A stretch of 64,000 nucleotides of DNA from assembly GCA_964597355.1 (NCBI GenBank), contig CAZQWS010000004.1, forward strand, positions 8,645 through 72,644, written 5' to 3'. Shown one piece after another: positions 58,582-64,000 of the stretch. This stretch comes from an uncultured Bdellovibrionales bacterium (GTDB taxonomy: Bacteria > Patescibacteriota > Minisyncoccia > Moranbacterales > UBA1568). The notes beneath the pieces were generated by a model. The model did no database searches. It was given only the letters and a program-made list of their open reading frames with translations, and was not told where the DNA came from. Both the position numbers and the translations under genes were made by a program. The stretch's first letter is position 1. Each line of letters opens with the position of its first letter.

Positions 58582-60693
58582 ATGCAAGACAATCCCATTA
58601 CCGTATTTGCCAAAACCAACTTCCGCAATCAGGAGCGCGTGTTTGGTATTAAGATGGATGATCGGCGCCGGCACATGTATCTCCTCGGGAAGACTGGTAT
58701 GGGCAAGACCAATCTCCTTGAGAACCTCGCGATCCAAGACATTATCCAGGGCCATGGTATTTGCTTTATCGATCCGCACGGTGATGTGGCTCAGAAACTC
58801 ATCAAAGCCATTCCACCAGAGCGCATCAATGACGTGGTGTACTTTGATCCAGCTGATCAGAAATTCCCGATTGCATTTAATGTGCTCGAACAGGTGGGCG
58901 CGGATCAGCGTTCGCTCGTAGCGTCGGGTCTCGTCGGTGTCTTCAAAAAAATCTGGGCTGATTCGTGGGGACCGCGACTCGAATATATTCTCCGGAATGC
59001 TATTCTTGCACTTTTGGAATACCCGGGGTCGAGCCTCCTCGGTGTCATGCGTATCCTCGTCGACAAGAGTTATCGCGAGCGTGTTATCGAAAAAGTGACT
59101 GACCCAGTGGTAAAGCAGTTTTGGGCGGTTGAATTTGCTGGTTGGAATGAACGTGTTTTGCAAGAAGTTATCTCGCCAATCCAGAACAAAGTCGGACAAT
59201 TTACCTCGAATAGCCTTATTCGAAATATCATCGGACAACCAACCAGCGCTTTTGATGTGCGCGATATCATGGACAATAAGAAGATTCTCATCATGAATCT
59301 CGCCAAGGGAAAGATCGGCGAAGACTCTTCGGCCCTCCTCGGAGCCATGATGATTACCAAGATTCAGATGGCCGCTATGGGCCGGGCCGATATTCCTGAA
59401 GCCGAGCGCAAAGACTTCTATCTCTATGTCGACGAGTTCCAGAACTTTGCCACTGACTCATTTGCCAATATCCTCTCCGAGGCTCGTAAGTATCGCCTCT
59501 CGCTCATTCTCGCCAACCAGTATATTACTCAGCTCGAGGAGAAAGTGAGTGATGCCGTGTTTGGTAACTGTGGCACGATCGTAGCCTTTCGAGTCGGTGC
59601 CGGAGATGCCGAACTCTTGGAAAAAGAGTTTGAACCGGTCTTTATGATGAATGACCTTATCAATCTGCCGAAGTATCAGATTTATCTCAAGCTCATGATC
59701 GATGGGATCGCCGGTGACGCTTTTTCGGCGACAACCCTGCCGCCAATTATCATCGAACAGCCAGGTATCGACGAAAGGGTAATTGCAGTGACGCGGGAAC
59801 GCTATGCCTCAGATCAAGCAGAAGTAGAAGAAAAGATTCGTCGTTGGACGGGGATGCTCAGTGACGCGGAAAAAGCTGAACTCTTGCGGAAGCCTGTATC
59901 GGCGCCCGTCATTACTCAAGCCTCTCCGGCAGCTCCACGCAAACCGATGGAAATTCGAAAACCAGCTCGAGTTCAAACTGCTCCCGCACGCCACGAAGAA
60001 AAGCGCTTGCCTCGGCATGAAGAAGAGAGGACACACAAGCCCAAGGTGGTGAAAGAGTTTTCTGAGGAGTCGGTAAAGAGAGAGATACCGCCCAAAGAAA
60101 CTGTGGCTCAATCAGTGATGAAGCCATCGGTGGCATCGGCGCCTTTGCCCAAGCCGGAACCAGTGGCAGTAATTGAGAAAAACACTATTGAACCAGTACA
60201 AAAGCCAGTGGAAGTAGTACAAGTCGCGCCGGCTCCAGTTTCAGTCGTAGAGATTGCGCCCGAAGTTCTTCCAACTCCAGAAAAAGTATTGTATGACGCG
60301 GTCTGTGCTACCTGTGGCATGGAGATCCAGGTTCCCTTTGCTCCAGATGGATCACGGCCGACGTTTTGCAAGGATTGTCTCAGGGATTACCAGCGAGCCG
60401 TCGCCAAAGCTAAGCAAGAAGAGGAGCGAAAAAATGCTCCACAAGATGAGGATGATCACCATCGTCCGAGTGGGAATAGTGGAGGTTCTGGCGAGTATCG
60501 TCGTCCCCAATCAAATAATCGTCGCGTAGAACAGAGAGTCTATGCTGCCGATGAAGCGCCTATGAAACTATCCCAGACTCAATATATTGCCCCCAAAAAA
60601 TTTAAGTCTCTCGGGGGAAAGAAAGGAGTCGATAAGGATGCTATTCGCGCTCTTATCAATGCCAATCGCCCCAGCCATTCTGAAGAAGTGTAA
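58582..60693 (+). CDS. VirD4/TraD/HerA-like ATPase with C-terminal CxxC-x17-CxxC zinc ribbon
   Basis: DRRRHMYLLGKTGMGKT, IDPHGD, LYVDEFQNF, LSEARKY, ANQY; CATC-17aa-CKDC. Confidence 0.88.
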   Translation: MQDNPITVFAKTNFRNQERVFGIKMDDRRRHMYLLGKTGMGKTNLLENLAIQDIIQGHGICFIDPHGDVAQKLIKAIPPERINDVVYFDPADQKFPIAFNVLEQVGADQRSLVASGLVGVFKKIWADSWGPRLEYILRNAILALLEYPGSSLLGVMRILVDKSYRERVIEKVTDPVVKQFWAVEFAGWNERVLQEVISPIQNKVGQFTSNSLIRNIIGQPTSAFDVRDIMDNKKILIMNLAKGKIGEDSSALLGAMMITKIQMAAMGRADIPEAERKDFYLYVDEFQNFATDSFANILSEARKYRLSLILANQYITQLEEKVSDAVFGNCGTIVAFRVGAGDAELLEKEFEPVFMMNDLINLPKYQIYLKLMIDGIAGDAFSATTLPPIIIEQPGIDERVIAVTRERYASDQAEVEEKIRRWTGMLSDAEKAELLRKPVSAPVITQASPAAPRKPMEIRKPARVQTAPARHEEKRLPRHEEERTHKPKVVKEFSEESVKREIPPKETVAQSVMKPSVASAPLPKPEPVAVIEKNTIEPVQKPVEVVQVAPAPVSVVEIAPEVLPTPEKVLYDAVCATCGMEIQVPFAPDGSRPTFCKDCLRDYQRAVAKAKQEEERKNAPQDEDDHHRPSGNSGGSGEYRRPQSNNRRVEQRVYAADEAPMKLSQTQYIAPKKFKSLGGKKGVDKDAIRALINANRPSHSEEV

Positions 60694-60839
60694 GCAGGTT
60701 TGACGTCTTGCTTTTTTTGTACTAAATTTAGACGTTTGTGGAAGTGGTGAGAGGGCTCGTAAAAGTTTTTCTTCCCTGAACCAAGATAGGTTCGCGGTCA
60801 GGGAAAACTTTTTCTTCGCCCTCTTTTTTTGTAAAGGCT

Positions 60840-61916
60840 ATGAATGATATTCCTAAAAACTCAAAAATTGCCGTGCTCGTATCGGGCGGGGTGGATAGTT
60901 CTGTCGTTTTAGCATTGTTGAAAAGAGCGGGCTTTGACGTGACCGCTTTTTATTTGAAAATTTGGCTCGAGGATGAGCTCGCCTATCTGGGGGATTGTCC
61001 CTGGGAAGAAGATCTTGAATTTGTGCGCGCCGTGACGGCCCAACTTGAGGTGTCGCTTGAAATTGTGCCGCTACAGAAAGAATACTGGGAACACGTGGTC
61101 AAGGCGGCCATTGAGGAAGTAAAACATGGTCGGACGCCCAATCCGGATATGCTCTGCAATGCAAGGATTAAGTTTGGTGCATTCTTCGATGTTATCGGAA
61201 AAAACTTCGATTATGTTGCCACCGGTCACTATGCCTGGACCGAACAGAAAGGGGAGAAAACGTATCTCAAGAAAACGCCAGACGCGATTAAAGATCAAAC
61301 GTATTTCCTCTCGCAGCTTTCGAAGTCACAACTGAGGTGTGCTATCTTTCCGATCGGGGAATTTGAGAAAACCAAAGTGCGTGCGTTAGCCGAGGAATTC
61401 AAACTCCCCAATGCTAATCGCAAAGATAGCCAGGGTATTTGTTTCTTGGGCAAAATCCCGTTTGATGAATTCTTGCGACACCACTTAGGCGAGAAAAAAG
61501 GCAAGCTCGTCGATATCGAAACGGGAAAAGAAATAGGTGAACACAACGGCTTTTGGTACTTCACCATTGGCCAGCGCGAGGGGATTGGTCTCTCGGGCGG
61601 GCCGTGGTATGTGGTGAAGAAAGATACGGAGCAGAATATTGTCTATATTGGTCACAAGGAAATCAAAGAAGCTGCAGCGACCGATCATATTCTCGTCACC
61701 CATCTCAATTGGTTCAATGAGAAGCCCGATGACGGTGTCGAGCTCTCGGTCAAACTCCGGCATGGCCCCAAAGAATATACGTGCACCGTGCAGTGGCAGG
61801 ACGAACAAACGCTCGAAGTATTTCTACAAAATGAAAAAGACCCAGGCGTTGCCGGGGGTCAGTATGCCGTGTTTTACTCAGGCGAGTATTGTTTGGGTGG
61901 GGGAGTGATCAGTTGA
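60840..61916 (+). CDS. mnmA: tRNA 2-thiouridylase MnmA
   Basis: SGGVDSSV, GRTPNPD.LCN..IKFG, ATGHYA, KDQTYFL, DSQGICF, TIGQR.G. Confidence 0.96.
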   Translation: MNDIPKNSKIAVLVSGGVDSSVVLALLKRAGFDVTAFYLKIWLEDELAYLGDCPWEEDLEFVRAVTAQLEVSLEIVPLQKEYWEHVVKAAIEEVKHGRTPNPDMLCNARIKFGAFFDVIGKNFDYVATGHYAWTEQKGEKTYLKKTPDAIKDQTYFLSQLSKSQLRCAIFPIGEFEKTKVRALAEEFKLPNANRKDSQGICFLGKIPFDEFLRHHLGEKKGKLVDIETGKEIGEHNGFWYFTIGQREGIGLSGGPWYVVKKDTEQNIVYIGHKEIKEAAATDHILVTHLNWFNEKPDDGVELSVKLRHGPKEYTCTVQWQDEQTLEVFLQNEKDPGVAGGQYAVFYSGEYCLGGGVIS

Positions 61917-61973
61917 TTTAGTGCTTTGGTAAGATGCGAAGCTGGTATACTTTTAAGTGATAGATAGGAAACT

Positions 61974-62750
61974 ATGCAACCAAAATTTACTCTAGCTGCC
62001 ACGAGTGATATCCATATCAATAAATACCCTATTGAGAAAGGTTTTTTTGACGCTGTTAATGAACATGCCGACCTCCTTCTTATCGGAGGAGACATAACTG
62101 ACGGAGAACCAGGACAGGTAGAACGCTTTCTGGATCTTGTTTCGGGAGTAACCATACCAATGATAGTCATTCTTGGTAACCACGATTGCAGTAGTGACAA
62201 TGAACTCGTGATAAAAAACTTGTTTGCCAAAAATAGTCTTATAAAATTTTTGGATGGTGAATATGCCGAATACGATTTACGGGGTAATAAGGTAGGGATT
62301 GCTGCCGCAAAGGGTTTTGGTGGAGGATTTGCTCCGCATAGAATAGTCGGACGAGGCGAAAAAGCTTTTCGAATGTTTATAGAAGAAGAAGCTCGTGAAG
62401 TCGGAAAAATGCAACAAGCTTTGGCTGCTATGCAAAAAGCCTTACCAGAGTATAGGGTAACACTTACCCATTGGGCAGCGTTTCCAGAAACCATAGAAGG
62501 AGAGCCGAGGGATCTTTACCCGGTCTTAGGAAGCTCCTTGTTGGGAGACACTATTGAATTGTCAAAGCCGCATTTGGCACTAAATGGGCATGCTCATCAT
62601 GGACCGCAAGGCATAAGAAAAGCACGCGGTTTTATTTCCGCGTGCAACATTGCTTATGGCGTAAACAATGGGAAGATACCTCTTTTTGACTTCTTTGCCC
62701 CAGAGGATGTGCGCTTGCGTCATTTGGAAATCCAGTCCGATATTTCTTGA
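61974..62750 (+). CDS. Calcineurin-like metallophosphoesterase
   Basis: SDIH, GGDIT, LGNHD, TH, GHAHHG. Confidence 0.9.
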   Translation: MQPKFTLAATSDIHINKYPIEKGFFDAVNEHADLLLIGGDITDGEPGQVERFLDLVSGVTIPMIVILGNHDCSSDNELVIKNLFAKNSLIKFLDGEYAEYDLRGNKVGIAAAKGFGGGFAPHRIVGRGEKAFRMFIEEEAREVGKMQQALAAMQKALPEYRVTLTHWAAFPETIEGEPRDLYPVLGSSLLGDTIELSKPHLALNGHAHHGPQGIRKARGFISACNIAYGVNNGKIPLFDFFAPEDVRLRHLEIQSDIS

Positions 62751-63517
62751 AGCTTGTGACTTCGAAAGTTCTTCCCGGCTTTCAATGAGACGGTCAGCAT
62801 TTCATAGAGCAGTTCACTTATTTCCCCCGTATCTTTACCGGTGCCTAGTTTTGCTTCTGCAACAAACCAAGTCATAAGTTGTTTAAGAACTTGGTTGTGT
62901 GCTACGGCATCTCCGTAAAGTAACCTTCCGGTAATAGAACCTTCGATGAAGGTGCCAAGTCCAAGTCCCTCTGGTATTGGCACAACCAGCGGCATCATTA
63001 ACTGCCAAAGGCCAATGTCTTCGATGTATCTTTGACGCATATCGAAGTATTGCCATTGTGAACGCTCACTTCGAACGGGAACTATAGGAGCCCTCCCTCG
63101 TTCTTTTGGCCTATACCAAGGAATAAGGATCGGTTCTGATCCAACTCCTTGAAGGAGATCATAAGAGCTTTCCATTGTGATGATGGGTGCAAGCAAGAAT
63201 TCTCCTTGTGAAGATGTCCAGCGCAGCTTGTCGTAGAGGATGAATGTCTCAGTTTCCTTTATGGTCATAAAGCTTACTCCAAATAAAGCTGTAGCGAACT
63301 TCTTCGCCTCATTCGCATAGCCTTTTTTGAAGATTATCCAGATATCATAGTCCTGTTCTTCGCTAGAGTTTCTTGGGGAAAGAACGTCTTGGTAAGAGGA
63401 GTAATTCGCACTCCCGTAAAGAGAGATAGAAAGAATCCCTTCTCTTCCCCCGCTTTTTCCGATGACACCACGTAGATACGGTAAGATTACTTTCTGGAAT
63501 GTCTCTAGCATGTTCAT
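62720..63517 (-). CDS. Putative Pol-beta-superfamily nucleotidyltransferase-like protein
   Basis: hG[S] motif SLYGS followed by DYDIWII (DxD). Confidence 0.5.
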   Translation of the reverse strand: MNMLETFQKVILPYLRGVIGKSGGREGILSISLYGSANYSSYQDVLSPRNSSEEQDYDIWIIFKKGYANEAKKFATALFGVSFMTIKETETFILYDKLRWTSSQGEFLLAPIITMESSYDLLQGVGSEPILIPWYRPKERGRAPIVPVRSERSQWQYFDMRQRYIEDIGLWQLMMPLVVPIPEGLGLGTFIEGSITGRLLYGDAVAHNQVLKQLMTWFVAEAKLGTGKDTGEISELLYEMLTVSLKAGKNFRSHKLQEISDWISK

Positions 63518-63528
63518 GATGTTCCTTT

Positions 63529-63996
63529 CTAGGCTATATGCCTGTCAATCCAAACAAGAGCTTTGTGAAGGATCTGTAGGTAAAGCTGGCTTCCTTCGGG
63601 AAGAAACTCTGCTCCGTAGTCCACTCGACGTTTCTGTTGGATATTTTTACAGATCAGCAAAAGTTCTTGAACTTTGCTGACATCTCCAGTTAGATCTACA
63701 ACACCAACTTTTCCTCGATATGAACTTGGAAAGCTGTCGTCGTTCATAAAGCGGGTGAGGACTCTAGGAGGCATACAGCTTGTAGCCACCAAGGCAGCTA
63801 GTTCAAAGTAGTCACCTCTCCCCAAACAACCGCGCAAGGTTCCCTTTTGGATGTCTATGAGCCAATACGAATCTTGGTTTTCCCACATGCTCAAGTCGGC
63901 AGGACCCAACTCCAAAGTAGTCGCTTCAGCATACTCCGGGAAATCCCAGGCCTTCATTTGGAGGGAGGCCATCTTTCTGTGAAACCTTTTCCACAC
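63529..63996 (-). CDS. Hypothetical protein, probably 5' truncated by the window edge
   Basis: The open frame runs to the window end, 11 nt from the next gene on the same strand. Confidence 0.5.
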   Translation of the reverse strand: MWKRFHRKMASLQMKAWDFPEYAEATTLELGPADLSMWENQDSYWLIDIQKGTLRGCLGRGDYFELAALVATSCMPPRVLTRFMNDDSFPSSYRGKVGVVDLTGDVSKVQELLLICKNIQQKRRVDYGAEFLPEGSQLYLQILHKALVWIDRHIA

Positions 63997-64000
63997 ATCA

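Noticed and set aside
59880-60280. Pro/Glu/Lys-rich low-complexity region in the coupling ATPase (also the S16 and NusB tails)
   Set aside because: Ordinary disordered linkers with no nucleotide-level repeat.

Overview
Bacterial chromosomal segment that looks like a Patescibacteria/CPR (Parcubacteria-like) genome. This is inferred from the gene content: a full type IV pilus/competence locus, a short SMC, a coupling-ATPase pair, a sigma4-HTH protein, GatCAB and almost no biosynthetic genes. Genetic code 11 fits. Main content: comF-clpC divergent from pilMNOB-pilT-pilC-pilins-pilD-minor pilins; ligA-gatC-gatA; secE-nusG-rplK-rplA; a seven-gene dTTP cluster (dcd, thyA, folA, kinase, tmk, dut, DNPH1-like) followed by gatB; miaA, dnaE, rnhB, rpmF-nusB-rnc, smc, rpsP, rplJL, dnaX, mnmA; tRNA-Ser(GCT) and tRNA-Gln(TTG); and a dead IS200-type tnpA. 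The most unusual signal lies below gene scale. (1) A lone GIY-YIG nuclease sits behind tRNA-Gln, bracketed by inverted mini-palindromes and a 15-bp duplicate of the tRNA 3' end, with no integrase. (2) The same 17-bp REP-like motif is inserted in frame into thyA and dnaX. (3) A relic second gatB 3' end is split by a 46-bp palindrome. (4) Degenerate 7-8-nt tandem arrays, sometimes in inverted pairs, abut the start codons of at least seven genes. These may be footprints of an undescribed micro-mobile-element system, but that link is a hypothesis. All functional calls come from motif recognition by eye; no database searches were run.
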